A stretch of DNA of 64,000 nucleotides from Phycisphaerae bacterium. Its GTDB lineage: Bacteria; Planctomycetota; Phycisphaerae; UBA1845. Both the position numbers and the translations under genes were made by a program. Each line of letters begins with the position of its first letter. Within the stretch, counting starts at the first letter, position 1. Shown here in pieces: positions 38,800 to 49,257 of the stretch. The stretch spans positions 1,696,001-1,760,000 of the forward strand of contig CAXXGO010000001.1 in the NCBI GenBank assembly GCA_963666835.2, given 5' to 3'. Under the pieces are notes generated by a model. It saw nothing but the letters and a program-made list of their open reading frames with translations, made no database searches and had not been told where the DNA came from.

Positions 38800-40794
38800 G
38801 TGGTAAACACTGTGGAAAAGCCATCCGACCCTTTGCCGAGGTCTATGATCCGCAATCGTACTCTTGTGGTCGTGGCGGCGCATGGGGGGCTCTTCGCGCT
38901 GGCTCTACTGGCCGCGTTCCTGCTGGCGTACAACTTCAAATGGGTGCGTCGCGGGGACCAGGTCTATCCTTGGGTGATCTCGTTGTACTTCCCGCTGTTG
39001 GCCCTGGCGCTTCCGATCAAGCTGTTGGTGTTCCGGGTGACCCGGCAGTATCGAGGGACGTGGCGGTATGTGGGCTTACGGGATCTGTTCGGGGTCATTA
39101 GTGCGTCACTGGTCGGCACCTTCGTATTCCTGATCGCGTACTTCATCTTGGAGAACGCGTGGACGGAGCTGTTCGGCGGGCGTTTGATCGACCGCCACCC
39201 CGGTCCGGGACTGCGGGAATCGGCGGTGTTCGCCTTGGATTGGGCCGCGACGATCGTCTTCGTATCGGCGGCGCGTATTCTGGTCCGCTTCTATTACGAG
39301 GATATCCAGCCCAAGAGAGTGGGTAACCCCAAGCGGGTGCTGATCGTCGGGGCCGGCGATGCGGGGGAGACCGTGCTCCGGGAGTTGTTGCGCACCCGCC
39401 GAGATCCCTACGAATGTGTCGGATTCCTGGACGATAAGCCGGGGTCCTTGCACGGCTGGATTCACGGGGTGGAGATCGTGGGGTCGACCTCCCAGATCCG
39501 AAGGTTCTGTGAGGAGAAGGGCGTTGAGGAGGTGCTGATTGCCCTGCCGGATGCCTCGCCCAAGTTCATTCGGGGGTTGGTGGAGCAGTGCGAGGGGACG
39601 GGCGTGCTTTTTAGAACCGTGCCGGCGGTGACGGATGTTATCACCGGGCGAGTTAAGGTCAGTCAGCTCCGGGACGTCGATATTGACGATCTGCTGGGAC
39701 GCGAGCCGGTCCAGTTGGACGCGGACAAGATCGGTGCGCAACTGTGCGGGCGGCGCGTCCTGGTAACCGGGGCGGGGGGGAGTATCGGATCAGAGATGTG
39801 CCGGCAGATCGCGGCGTTCGGTCCACAACGGCTGATTCTCGTGGAGCAGGCCGAGAACGGCTTGTTCGAGATTGACCGTGAGCTGCGCAAGCGCCATGCC
39901 GAACTCGATATTGTCCCTTACGTGGCGGACATTACTGACCAGGTTCGCATTAGCGGGCTCATCGAGCGCGAGAAACCTACGATCGTCTTCCACGCCGCAG
40001 CCCACAAACACGTGCCGATGATGGAACGGAACCCGGGAGAGGCCATCAAGAACAACATCGGCGGGACCATGGTCGTGGCCGATGCCGCTTTGGCGGGCGG
40101 GGTCGAGAAGATGGTGATGATCTCGACGGACAAGGCGGTCAACCCGACGAGCACGATGGGTTGCTCGAAACGGGTGGCCGAGATGTATGTTCAGAGCCAG
40201 ACCGGGCGGGGGGCTACGCAGTTCGTTACAGTACGGTTCGGAAACGTCCTGGGCAGTAGTGGGAGCGTTGTGCCGATCTTCCGTGAGCAAATTGCCTTGG
40301 GCGGGCCGCTTACGGTTACTCACCCGGATATGGTTCGCTTTTTTATGACCATTCCCGAGGCGGCTCAACTGGTGTTGCAGGCGGGTACAATGGGCAAAGG
40401 TGGGGAAATCTACGTCCTGCACATGGGCGAGCCGGTCAAGATCGTTGATCTGGCGCGGGATATGATCACCCTGAGCGGGCTGCGGCCCGGCATCGACATA
40501 GAGATAGTGTTCTCCGGTAAACGCCGAGGCGAGAAGCTCTACGAGGAGTTGTCCGGGGAAGGGGAGGATATCGGAGATACCGCCCACCCCAAGATCGGTA
40601 TCTGGAAACACCGCACCGAGGATTGGGACGCCTTGCACCGGGGCATCGAGCGCATCCTCAGCGTTGCGGACGAGCTGTCCAACGGCGCTCTTCAGACCGA
40701 ACTCAAGCAACTCGTTCCGGAGTATGTTCCGGACATCGTCGTCGGCGAGCAAACGCCGTCGCCTCCCCCAGCCTCTGCGGTTGCACCTCAGTAG
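38800..40794 (+). CDS. membrane-bound nucleoside-diphosphate sugar dehydratase (CapD/PglF/WbpM type)
   Basis: N-terminal TM helices, GAGDAG, DLLGREP, TGAGGSIGSE, HAAAHKHVP, ISTDKAVNP, VRFGNVLGSSGSV, GEKLYEEL. Confidence 0.93.
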   Translation: MVNTVEKPSDPLPRSMIRNRTLVVVAAHGGLFALALLAAFLLAYNFKWVRRGDQVYPWVISLYFPLLALALPIKLLVFRVTRQYRGTWRYVGLRDLFGVISASLVGTFVFLIAYFILENAWTELFGGRLIDRHPGPGLRESAVFALDWAATIVFVSAARILVRFYYEDIQPKRVGNPKRVLIVGAGDAGETVLRELLRTRRDPYECVGFLDDKPGSLHGWIHGVEIVGSTSQIRRFCEEKGVEEVLIALPDASPKFIRGLVEQCEGTGVLFRTVPAVTDVITGRVKVSQLRDVDIDDLLGREPVQLDADKIGAQLCGRRVLVTGAGGSIGSEMCRQIAAFGPQRLILVEQAENGLFEIDRELRKRHAELDIVPYVADITDQVRISGLIEREKPTIVFHAAAHKHVPMMERNPGEAIKNNIGGTMVVADAALAGGVEKMVMISTDKAVNPTSTMGCSKRVAEMYVQSQTGRGATQFVTVRFGNVLGSSGSVVPIFREQIALGGPLTVTHPDMVRFFMTIPEAAQLVLQAGTMGKGGEIYVLHMGEPVKIVDLARDMITLSGLRPGIDIEIVFSGKRRGEKLYEELSGEGEDIGDTAHPKIGIWKHRTEDWDALHRGIERILSVADELSNGALQTELKQLVPEYVPDIVVGEQTPSPPPASAVAPQ

Positions 40795-40978
40795 TAATCG
40801 GGAATAAGCGGCGACCTTGTCCGTTGCGTCGGTCACCACGGCGCGGCCGGGAAGTGTTGGCGGTGGCGTGGTCGGGGGTTAACATGCGCCGAGTCGTTAA
40901 CGCAACGCAAAGCAGAAGCTTTCGGCGACGAATGTTGCGACCCGCGTAGACCGCGGGCGTTCTTGAGGGGCTGATCCG

Positions 40979-42118
40979 GTGCGGCGCTTTTCTATCATAG
41001 CTTATCCGTGGGACCTCGCCGATGAAGGGTTCGAGTCCGTCCTGGACCGGCTCGGCGGTGAGGTGGGGGCGACGGGGCTTACTTTGTGGGGCGCGGCGCG
41101 TCCGATCCAGCGAGTACGAGTCCGGGCGGTCGAGCCGCGGGTTGTGCGGTGCGGCGGCGGAGCGCTCTTTCTGCCGAGCGACCGGCATTACGTGGATACG
41201 CCGTGCAAACCGGTGGTTTGCAGCCTGGTGCATCGTATGGCCCCGCTCTCTAAGATGGTCGAGGCGGCGCGGGTGCGGGGTTTGGATGTGCGGGTGGTTC
41301 TGTCGGCGGGGCTGACGGGGGAGATGGCCCGGCGCTACCCGGAGGTGGCTTGCGAGAACGTCTTTGGGGCCCGATCGCAGTATGGGGTGTGCGTGCGCAA
41401 TCCGGCCGTACAGAGTTGCCTTGCCGGGATGGTGGCGGATCTTTCGGCGGATCTGGAGCCCGACGGGGTGATCGTAACGGATGTGACGACCGGATGGCAC
41501 GAGGTCTACTCGGCCGACGTGGAGGGCATCGACTCGCTCGGCGCAAGCGAGCGTGCTCTGCTGTCGCTTTGTTTCTGTGCGGCGTGCCGGGAAGCGGCCC
41601 AGGCCGAGGGCGTCGACGTCCGGGCGGCGCGAGAGTCTGCCAAGGCCGTCTTGCAGGCCGCGTTGGAACGCTCCGGCGGGACCACGGCCGGGGTGTTGCT
41701 GGAAAGCGCTCCGCCAGTTGCCGGTTTCGTTAAATGGCAGGCGGGCAGGGTAGGTCGACTATTGGACCGGCTGACCGATGGTTGCCCGGGCAAGTTGTAT
41801 CTTGACGGCGGCAATGCGAACCCGCTATTGGAGGGTTCTGTCAACATCCCGGAGTCGTCCGGGGTGATACGAATTCACGAGTACCGAGACAATGCGGGGG
41901 ACATGAAGGTCCACGGGCGCGGAGATGAGCTGCGCATCCCTGCTGCGGTTACGGCCGGTGGTGGCGGTGCGCATTTGGTCAAGGCTCTGCCCGAGGCGTT
42001 GGAATCCGGCTTCGTCGGCTTCGACATAGACGATTATGGTCTGCTGTCCGATGCCGGTCTGACCAGCGTGAAACAAGCGTTCCGGATAGGTCGACGGTCG
42101 GGGGGCGACGGTGGTTGA
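40979..42118 (+). CDS. hypothetical protein, possible glycoside-hydrolase-like TIM barrel
   Basis: YPWDLADEG start, CVRNPAV and LCFCAACR motifs; fold is a guess. Confidence 0.6.
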   Translation: MRRFSIIAYPWDLADEGFESVLDRLGGEVGATGLTLWGAARPIQRVRVRAVEPRVVRCGGGALFLPSDRHYVDTPCKPVVCSLVHRMAPLSKMVEAARVRGLDVRVVLSAGLTGEMARRYPEVACENVFGARSQYGVCVRNPAVQSCLAGMVADLSADLEPDGVIVTDVTTGWHEVYSADVEGIDSLGASERALLSLCFCAACREAAQAEGVDVRAARESAKAVLQAALERSGGTTAGVLLESAPPVAGFVKWQAGRVGRLLDRLTDGCPGKLYLDGGNANPLLEGSVNIPESSGVIRIHEYRDNAGDMKVHGRGDELRIPAAVTAGGGGAHLVKALPEALESGFVGFDIDDYGLLSDAGLTSVKQAFRIGRRSGGDGG

Positions 42119-42617
42119 CTTGGTCAGGATCTGGCGGCGCGTCGACAAGCGCCGGATCTGCAACGGCGATGTAATGCTATGTCGTGTGGGCAGTAATCGG
42201 ACGAGCTTCTGAGGTCGCGGGACTTCTCCGACTGTTTGGCGAACATGCACGTTGTGGTGCGAGACGCGCCGAAACCGTTAGGGGCATGGGCCGCCGCTTT
42301 GGGTGTTTATAACTTCATCGTGGCGAGGGTTGAGGGGAAGCCGAATCAGTGTTATTCCGCCGTGCTTGCCAGACAGGGCTTATTCGGGTATGTCATGTGA
42401 GTGACGGAGGGGTGCTCTCGGACCGGGTCGGTGGTCTACTCGGGGCCATTTCCGGTGGCACGGCTGTGTACCGGCGCGCGTCGATCGTTGGGTCTGACGA
42501 CGCGGATGCTAGCACAGTACGCCGCGCGAGCTGGCACGCGTGGCGCGCGACAGCCGGGGAGTAGTGACAGTGGTGTGAGAGGGCGGCGGCCCATTGCGGG
42601 AAAGAGCTATTTCGGCA

Positions 42618-43340
42618 ATGCGCACGAGCATTATCAATGGAACGTGTTGTCTCTGCGGCAAGACAATCCCGCGTTCGCCCACGCATGCTGAGGATGGCTT
42701 GTCGATGGACCACGTCCCGCCGAAGCAGTTTCATCCAAAGCAGACTCGCAACGAAACAAACCCCAACCTCTGGACGGTACCGACCCACAAGCGCTGCAAT
42801 GCCGAGTACCGGGAGGACGAGGAGTATTTCTATCACGCCGCTTATCCGCTTGTGCAGAAGACCAACCCCGTCATGGGTGAGGTCTTTCATCGGGATCTTG
42901 CACGCCGAATTCGCAGGCCTCAGACGCCAGCAATGGTTCGGAACCTACTGCGAGACTGCCGGACGGTGACGGATGCTGGTATCTACCTACCACCTCGCGT
43001 CATCGAGTTCAACCTCGATGCGCGTCGAATGGAGCGCGTCGCGATCAAGATCGCACAGGGGCTGTTGTACCGTGATCAAGGACGCCACATACCATGGGAG
43101 AACTGCAAGGATATTCGGCTCTGCGAATCAGAAACTGATGTGCCCGAGTTGTATCGACTTTCATGGAGCGCCAAAGAGGCGAAAGTGCAGTCCGTTATTC
43201 CTCGGGTATTCTCCTATCGGCGATGCAAGTTTGACAGTATGCACCTGCTCTCAATGTGCTGTTGGGAGGCGTTCATGTTCTGCGTGCTGTTCGAGGACCC
43301 GGCCGTTCACCGTGGCCTTTCGGGCGGCGATGACAAGTAG
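42618..43340 (+). CDS. HNH-like endonuclease domain protein
   Basis: CCLCG ... SMDHVPPKQF ... NLWTVPTHKRCN. Confidence 0.6.
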   Translation: MRTSIINGTCCLCGKTIPRSPTHAEDGLSMDHVPPKQFHPKQTRNETNPNLWTVPTHKRCNAEYREDEEYFYHAAYPLVQKTNPVMGEVFHRDLARRIRRPQTPAMVRNLLRDCRTVTDAGIYLPPRVIEFNLDARRMERVAIKIAQGLLYRDQGRHIPWENCKDIRLCESETDVPELYRLSWSAKEAKVQSVIPRVFSYRRCKFDSMHLLSMCCWEAFMFCVLFEDPAVHRGLSGGDDK

Positions 43341-43412
43341 GTGCTTGGAGGGGCGGTGGCGGTGGCGTCTGTACTCCACTGCCTCGGTTGCATGAGCGCT
43401 ACTCACCGCAAC

Positions 43413-45557
43413 CTACCCCACCCGGCACGCTTTCTCCTGCAGCATGGGGTCGCGGCGGTCCAGGATTAGGAGTTCGCCGGGGTTGACTGGGGGGAAGCCG
43501 TTCAGTTGGATGGCGTCGGTTCCGCGGTTGATGCCGATCAGGCCGAACTGCAGGCCGACGACGTGCTCCAGCACGGTTACGGCTATGCCGGTGCGTTGGA
43601 TGGAATAGGCTGTGAAATCCGCGTCCGATCCGGGGATTTCGATACGCACGACGTCTCCGCCGGCTCTGATCACATCTCGGTGAGCTACGTCGTCGAAGGC
43701 AGCGGCGTCGGCGACCACCTCGACGCGGTTCCGAGTCTTCTCCCACGAGAACCTATCGCGGTTGGCGAACCCCGCTCCTTCGGGTGGGGCCGGGGCGAAG
43801 AACGGGTCGGGGCCGAACGCCGTGAAGAACTCGGGAAGCCACGTGAAGTAGCGTTCGTAGGCGCCCTTGCTATCCGGAACGACGACCCGGGTGCGGTTCA
43901 CCGGCGCGGAGACCAGGTCGATCAGCGCCGCGACGGGGGCATCTTCCGTATCGATGGCCATGGGCTCGGCGGGGGGGCGCCCGCTGCGTTGCCAGCCGTC
44001 CGGGGCCTCCCAAGGGGCAACGCTGGGGATCCACGCCAGGCGAAACTGCGAGGCAAGTTGGAACGTGTACGGGCAAGCGTACGGCTCCATGCGGACAAGC
44101 TGCTTGAACCACAGTAGCGCTCCATAGGCCGCCGCAACGTCGCCGGAGGTCAGCCCGCTCCTTACGAGGATCACTGGTTTGGGCTGCAGCGGCATTCCGC
44201 ACGACAGATCTTCGCGGCCGATCGTCACCAACTGGTGGGTGATCTCATCGATCGGAGCGTCGTCGTCATGGACGACGAAGTAGTCAAAGCGGGTAGCCAT
44301 CTCGCGCAAAACGCCGCGGAATATCGCCTCTTGGCGGGCAGGGGCGGCGAACTGCCCGACATCGGTCTGCGATCGTCCGAGGATATTGAGCAACAGGTGA
44401 ACACCCAGGACCGGCTCGGCGGCCGTCGACAGGTCTTCCTCAAGCGGGTCGAGATCCAGCACGACGAGAGCGCCGTGGGGAGTGTCCTTATACAGGCTAA
44501 TCGCTCGATCCGACGTAGATTCCTGGTCGCACATGGATACGAGCAGCGTCTCGAAACCGTTGGACTCGCAGAAACTCCGTAGCGCCGGCGAGCGACGGAA
44601 CTGGTTCTGCACAAAGCTGCCCGGAGTCTTGCCTGTGCTGCCGAAGACGAACGTGTCGTGAAGGGCGAATCCGCGCGTGGCATGGTTGGCCAGAACGACT
44701 TTGGCGTACGTGGGGTCGTCCTTCTGCTCGATCCGGCGCAGACTGACCACGGTCGGGTTGATCTTCCTGAACGCTGCGAGCGAGATCACGACGACGCGGC
44801 GGGAGGCCAGTTTGAGGAGGTTCTTGAGGCTGCGCAGACTTGCGGGCGGGCTCGGATCGGGCAACAGGATCGCGTCCGCCTTCGCATTGTCAAGCCGCAG
44901 AGCGCTGGGGGCCATCCCATGCACGTGTTTGGGGCCGAAGTACTCGGAGAGAATGTTGGTAAGCGGACGATCGCTTGCATCGGCCGAGCACACGCAGACC
45001 GTGTCGACGCCGTACGGCGAATCTACCGTGTACGGTGGGGGTGGGATGGCCGGGGCGTGGGCGACCTCATCCGGCTCGAGGATCTTGATGAACCGGACTT
45101 CGCGAATGGAGGCCGTGCCGCGCGCGTTGACCAGACCCACTGAGATCTTCAGGCGGCGGACACCGTCCGGCGCGTGGTACGTGGCCCGGATGGTAATCGG
45201 ATCAGCCGCCTTGTGAATTGCGGGCGTGACCTTCCGTTGGCCGCATGGTTTATCGTCTGCGATCGGCTGCACGCTGAGCACAAGCCCGGCCGTGTCGTCC
45301 TCGGCTACCAGGTCGCAAGTGGCGACGACTTCGACCCGGTAGTACTCTCCCGGCTTGCACGGTACGGACTGGGACCACACGGCTTTTTTGACCGCGTCAC
45401 TCGCCGTGACGACTACGCCCGCCGGTGATGGAACATCTCCGGCGGTGGGGCGGGTCCACGAGGCGGGGGAGCCGGAGGATTCGAAGACCCAACTTCGCGG
45501 TCCGGCCTTGCCATCGGTGAATTCGGGGTTGCGAACGACATTAACACTGCTGGGCAC
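43413..45557 (-). CDS. hypothetical multidomain protein with a carbohydrate-binding-like N-terminus
   Basis: 714-aa ORF; VRNPEF...W...WSQSVPCKPGEYYRV jelly-roll-like start. Confidence 0.7.
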   Translation of the reverse strand: MPSSVNVVRNPEFTDGKAGPRSWVFESSGSPASWTRPTAGDVPSPAGVVVTASDAVKKAVWSQSVPCKPGEYYRVEVVATCDLVAEDDTAGLVLSVQPIADDKPCGQRKVTPAIHKAADPITIRATYHAPDGVRRLKISVGLVNARGTASIREVRFIKILEPDEVAHAPAIPPPPYTVDSPYGVDTVCVCSADASDRPLTNILSEYFGPKHVHGMAPSALRLDNAKADAILLPDPSPPASLRSLKNLLKLASRRVVVISLAAFRKINPTVVSLRRIEQKDDPTYAKVVLANHATRGFALHDTFVFGSTGKTPGSFVQNQFRRSPALRSFCESNGFETLLVSMCDQESTSDRAISLYKDTPHGALVVLDLDPLEEDLSTAAEPVLGVHLLLNILGRSQTDVGQFAAPARQEAIFRGVLREMATRFDYFVVHDDDAPIDEITHQLVTIGREDLSCGMPLQPKPVILVRSGLTSGDVAAAYGALLWFKQLVRMEPYACPYTFQLASQFRLAWIPSVAPWEAPDGWQRSGRPPAEPMAIDTEDAPVAALIDLVSAPVNRTRVVVPDSKGAYERYFTWLPEFFTAFGPDPFFAPAPPEGAGFANRDRFSWEKTRNRVEVVADAAAFDDVAHRDVIRAGGDVVRIEIPGSDADFTAYSIQRTGIAVTVLEHVVGLQFGLIGINRGTDAIQLNGFPPVNPGELLILDRRDPMLQEKACRVG

Positions 45558-45722
45558 GGTTCATCTCCACGAGTTAATCTCCGAAGATGGTATATCCGGT
45601 CGCATCCGATTTCGCAACGATACGGCGTGGTGCGGTCGCTGAGCGGTCCCGAGCGAAGGCCCTGGAACTTCGTCTTTCGGACTAGTCGCACTATCGTGGG
45701 GAGGCGATTATTATACGCGGCT

Positions 45723-46328
45723 ATGAGTGAGACTCTGGATACAAGCGAGGAGGTGGCCGCCGAAGAGTTCGAGGCGGAGGTCACCACGGAATCGATCGTG
45801 GAAGCCCTGCTGCTGTCCACTGATGTTCCTCTTTCAGCGGGAAAGATCGCCCAGCTTCTCGGCGGGGTGGATGCGGCGGATATTAAGCGAGTCGTCGAGG
45901 AGTTGAACGACCGCTACGAGCAAGCGCAGACGTCTTTCAGAATCGATCTGATCGCCAAGGGCTACCAGATGTCGACCCTTCCGGTGTTTCACCGGTGGGT
46001 TAGCAAGCTGCACAAGGTCCGCGCCGAGTCGCGACTATCGCAGGCAGCGCTGGAGACTCTGGCGATTGTTGCTTACAAGCAACCGGTTCTGCGGGCGAAT
46101 GTCGAGGCGATCCGCGGGGTAGCCGTCGGAGACATGCTGGTTCGCCTGCGGGAGATGAACCTCGTGCGGATAGTCGGGCGGGCGGAGGAGATCGGGCGTC
46201 CCCTGCTCTATGGAACGACGACCAAGTTCCTTGAGGTTTTCGGGTTGGCGTCGCTGAAAGATCTTCCCAGCATCGATCAAAACGACTCGTCCGAAGTCCC
46301 GGCGCTCAAACTGCCCGCGCAAGATTAG
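45723..46328 (+). CDS. scpB: SMC-Scp complex subunit ScpB
   Basis: VEALL, LSQAALETLAIVAYKQP, IRGV, GRPLLYGTTTKFLEVFGL. Confidence 0.95.
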   Translation: MSETLDTSEEVAAEEFEAEVTTESIVEALLLSTDVPLSAGKIAQLLGGVDAADIKRVVEELNDRYEQAQTSFRIDLIAKGYQMSTLPVFHRWVSKLHKVRAESRLSQAALETLAIVAYKQPVLRANVEAIRGVAVGDMLVRLREMNLVRIVGRAEEIGRPLLYGTTTKFLEVFGLASLKDLPSIDQNDSSEVPALKLPAQD

Positions 46329-46499
46329 TCCGGGGGTATTCCGGGGCGGTCCGGCCGTCGGGGGCGAGAGCATGAGTGTATGAAAGGGTCGCGTTGGAAG
46401 TTGTAGTCCCGGCATCGTCGGGGTACGATAGACATGTCTCAGTGGATCGATTCCATCGAGGCTGTGCCGTGACAGGTTAAGCGTGAGGACGTTAGTCGG

Positions 46500-46970
46500 A
46501 TGCTGCCGAAGTCGAGCGAACGCGTCGCGGAAGTCATCAAGGTCGCCAACCAGATTGCCCGGGAGTACGACCAGGAGTACGTGGGCACCGAACATCTCTT
46601 GCTGGCGATACAGCGCGAGGGCACCGGTATCGGGGCGACCGTACTGGCGAAACGCGGCATAGCTGCGGATCGGCTACGGGCGGAGGTCGACAAGCTGGTC
46701 AAGAAACAGCTTGAAGAGACGTGGGTCTTCGGGCGGCTTCCCGGTACGCCGCATTTCAAGAATGTCATGGCCTCGGCAATCGAACAATGCCAGAAGCTCA
46801 ATTCGCCGCGAGTGTGTACGGAGCATCTGTTGCTGGCGTTGCTCAAGGTCCGTGGGTGTATTGCCCAGAAGGCGCTCAAGGCTGTCGGTCTTACGTATGA
46901 TGACATCCGGGCGGATGTGATGGCGTTGACGAGTGGGCAGGACGGCGGCGGGCCGGACGCCGGCAAGTAA
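46500..46970 (+). CDS. stand-alone Clp N-terminal domain protein
   Basis: Two repeats (YVGTEHLLLAI, VCTEHLLLALL); no AAA domain. Confidence 0.88.
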   Translation: MLPKSSERVAEVIKVANQIAREYDQEYVGTEHLLLAIQREGTGIGATVLAKRGIAADRLRAEVDKLVKKQLEETWVFGRLPGTPHFKNVMASAIEQCQKLNSPRVCTEHLLLALLKVRGCIAQKALKAVGLTYDDIRADVMALTSGQDGGGPDAGK

Positions 46971-47155
46971 CCCGACCATGCCGCAGGTCCGGGGCTTTGC
47001 GGGGGATGTTGGCTCGCCTGCAGGTCCCGGGATTGGGTTGCCCAAGGCTCTGTTACTGCAGGCGGGTCGGCTTCTCTCTCTGGTGTTCTGCAATCAGTTC
47101 TGTCAGGTGCGGGTTTCGGTGGCGTGTTCGTTTGTGTATCGGGGAACGAGGCTAA

Positions 47156-47845
47156 GTGATGGCCGGTGAATCCCACGGTGGGAAGAGGAGGCGACCATCG
47201 GGCGGCATGAGCCTTCCGGCGAAGGGCTCCGCAAAGACCGCCATGCGGGAGGGCGTGTTCCGGTCAAGGCGTCTGGTGTTACGGTTCGTGCTGCTCTTTG
47301 CAGTCTTCATGGGGCTATTCGAGCTGGCGTGTGCGACTTCGCTGGTGGCGGACGGTATCTTCCCGGCATATCTTCGTTTCAACGCGCGAATTTCGGGGGC
47401 GATCATCGGGTTGTTCGAGGAGTCCCTGGAGGTGACCGGTCGGATGGTATCCTCTAACCGGTATCGCCTGGTGATCGAACGGGGTTGTGACGCGATCGAG
47501 CCCTCGGCACTGTTTGTGTCGGGGGTTTTGGCTTTTCCCTTGGCGGCGCTGCGCCGGAGGAGTGAGAATGTGCGCAGTCGGACAACGGTATGGCAGAAAA
47601 CGCGGACCGCGTTTACGCTTAAGCTGCCGGGAATACTGATCGGCACGGTTTGCCTGATGCTCCTAAACCTGGTGAGGGTGGTCAGTCTGTTCTATGTGGG
47701 GGTATATTGGCAATCGGCGTTTGACGTGATCCACGTGGATGTCTGGCAGTCCCTGTTCATTGTTCTGGCCATACTTTTCTGGGTTCTCTGGGCCGTGTGG
47801 GCTACGAGGACCGGCGGGTCCGAATGTGATGCGATTCCTGGCTAG
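47156..47845 (+). CDS. exosortase/archaeosortase family protein (XrtH-like)
   Basis: IERGCDAIEP (Cys), LNLVRVVSLFY (Arg), VIHVDVWQ (His) in a multi-TM protein; start uncertain. Confidence 0.82.
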   Translation: MMAGESHGGKRRRPSGGMSLPAKGSAKTAMREGVFRSRRLVLRFVLLFAVFMGLFELACATSLVADGIFPAYLRFNARISGAIIGLFEESLEVTGRMVSSNRYRLVIERGCDAIEPSALFVSGVLAFPLAALRRRSENVRSRTTVWQKTRTAFTLKLPGILIGTVCLMLLNLVRVVSLFYVGVYWQSAFDVIHVDVWQSLFIVLAILFWVLWAVWATRTGGSECDAIPG

Positions 47846-48446
47846 CCGTTTCATCCTCTTTGCGTTGGTCGCAGGGGCGTTTGTGGCCCTGTGGTCATGG
47901 GTGGGTGAATACTACGCGGCGACATATCACGCGGCGGGCATGCAGCTTTGTCGGACTATCGGGGCAGACTGGGTCGTCGTTCTGCACCCGCTGCCGGAAC
48001 CGCAAGGCAGGTTCGACACGGAGTTATGGCTGGGCAATCCGAAAACGAAGATCCACGGGCAACGGCAGTTGAGCACACGTGACTTGGGTTACGCTCCGAC
48101 GACGATGTTACTGGCCTTGATTTTGGCATCACCGGTTCCGTGGCGAAGGCGTTTTGGGGCTACGTTCGTTGGTCTGGTTGTGGTGCATGCGTGGATTGCC
48201 CTGGGGGTGCTGTTGTTGGTCATTAGCGGGTTCAGTCGGGGCGACGCGCTGGCGATATTCGACCTTAGTCCGTTTGTTGACCGGTGTCTGTCATATTGTG
48301 TTGAAGTGGCAACCGTAGCTACGATAACAAAGTATGCCGTTCCCACCGTGATCTGGATTCTGGTGACGTTTCGAAGCGGAGACTGGGCGCGCATTGTGGG
48401 GGATGAGAGGATGCCGCAGAGGCGCAACGACGGAGCGGCACCATGA
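47829..48446 (+). CDS. membrane protein, probably exosortase-associated
   Basis: Overlaps the exosortase stop; GYAPTTMLLALILASPVPWRRR resembles a non-catalytic exosortase-like segment. Confidence 0.65.
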   Translation: MRFLASRFILFALVAGAFVALWSWVGEYYAATYHAAGMQLCRTIGADWVVVLHPLPEPQGRFDTELWLGNPKTKIHGQRQLSTRDLGYAPTTMLLALILASPVPWRRRFGATFVGLVVVHAWIALGVLLLVISGFSRGDALAIFDLSPFVDRCLSYCVEVATVATITKYAVPTVIWILVTFRSGDWARIVGDERMPQRRNDGAAP

Positions 48447-49231
48447 GCGCCGGGGCAAAGGCACATGTTGCGGTGTGGGCGACCGCGGAGGACGGTGCCC
48501 GAGAGCGGGCCGAGGCGTTGGCTGCAGAGTTGAGATTACCGCTGATCGGTCGGGATTCGGTAATCGAGGAGCCCGAGGGTTTGCGATTGGTAGTATCTGC
48601 CGATCGCTTGGCACTCGGTACGGCGAATCTCCGGATGGGTGGCACGATTGCAGTTGACTTCGCTGCCGGCGCCGTAGGCTATCGGCGCGAGTCGGCTCGT
48701 CGGCGCCAGCCGCTCGCCCGGGCAGTAGGATTGCGCGGCGGTCCACCCTCGGTTATGGATGCTACGGCGGGCTTGGGACGTGATTCATTCCTTTTGGCTT
48801 GTCTGGGCTGTACGGTGGTGGCCGTGGAGAGATCCTTAGTGTTGGGGACTCTGTTGGAGGACGGACTTGCTCGCGCGCGATCCTCGACGGACGAGGATCT
48901 GCGAGTGGTAGCCGGCAGAATCACGCTTGTCGTGGAAGATGCTCGCGAACTGCTTTCAACAGTAGCCGAGGACGACAGGCCCGATGTGGTCTTCATGGAC
49001 CCGATGTACCCCGTTAAGAAGAAAGCGGCGTTGCCGAAGAAGGAGATGCGCATCTGCCGCCGGCTGGTCGGTGACGAAACGGATGCGGCAGGGTTGCTGG
49101 CCGTTGCGCGCAAGACAGCTCGGCGGCGGGTGGTTGTGAAAAGACCTAAACATGCTCCGCCGCTGGAGAAGGGGGTCGCGATTGAGTATCGAGGGAAGAT
49201 CGCCAGGTACGACGTCTACCACACTTTCTAG
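48443..49231 (+). CDS. rsmJ: RsmJ-type SAM-dependent rRNA methyltransferase
   Basis: DATAGLGRDSFLLA, DVVFMDPMYP, ALPKKEM, RVVVKRP, RYDVY. Confidence 0.88.
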   Translation: MSAGAKAHVAVWATAEDGARERAEALAAELRLPLIGRDSVIEEPEGLRLVVSADRLALGTANLRMGGTIAVDFAAGAVGYRRESARRRQPLARAVGLRGGPPSVMDATAGLGRDSFLLACLGCTVVAVERSLVLGTLLEDGLARARSSTDEDLRVVAGRITLVVEDARELLSTVAEDDRPDVVFMDPMYPVKKKAALPKKEMRICRRLVGDETDAAGLLAVARKTARRRVVVKRPKHAPPLEKGVAIEYRGKIARYDVYHTF

Positions 49232-49257
49232 TGCCGGCAGCGTTGTCGGCGAGGATG

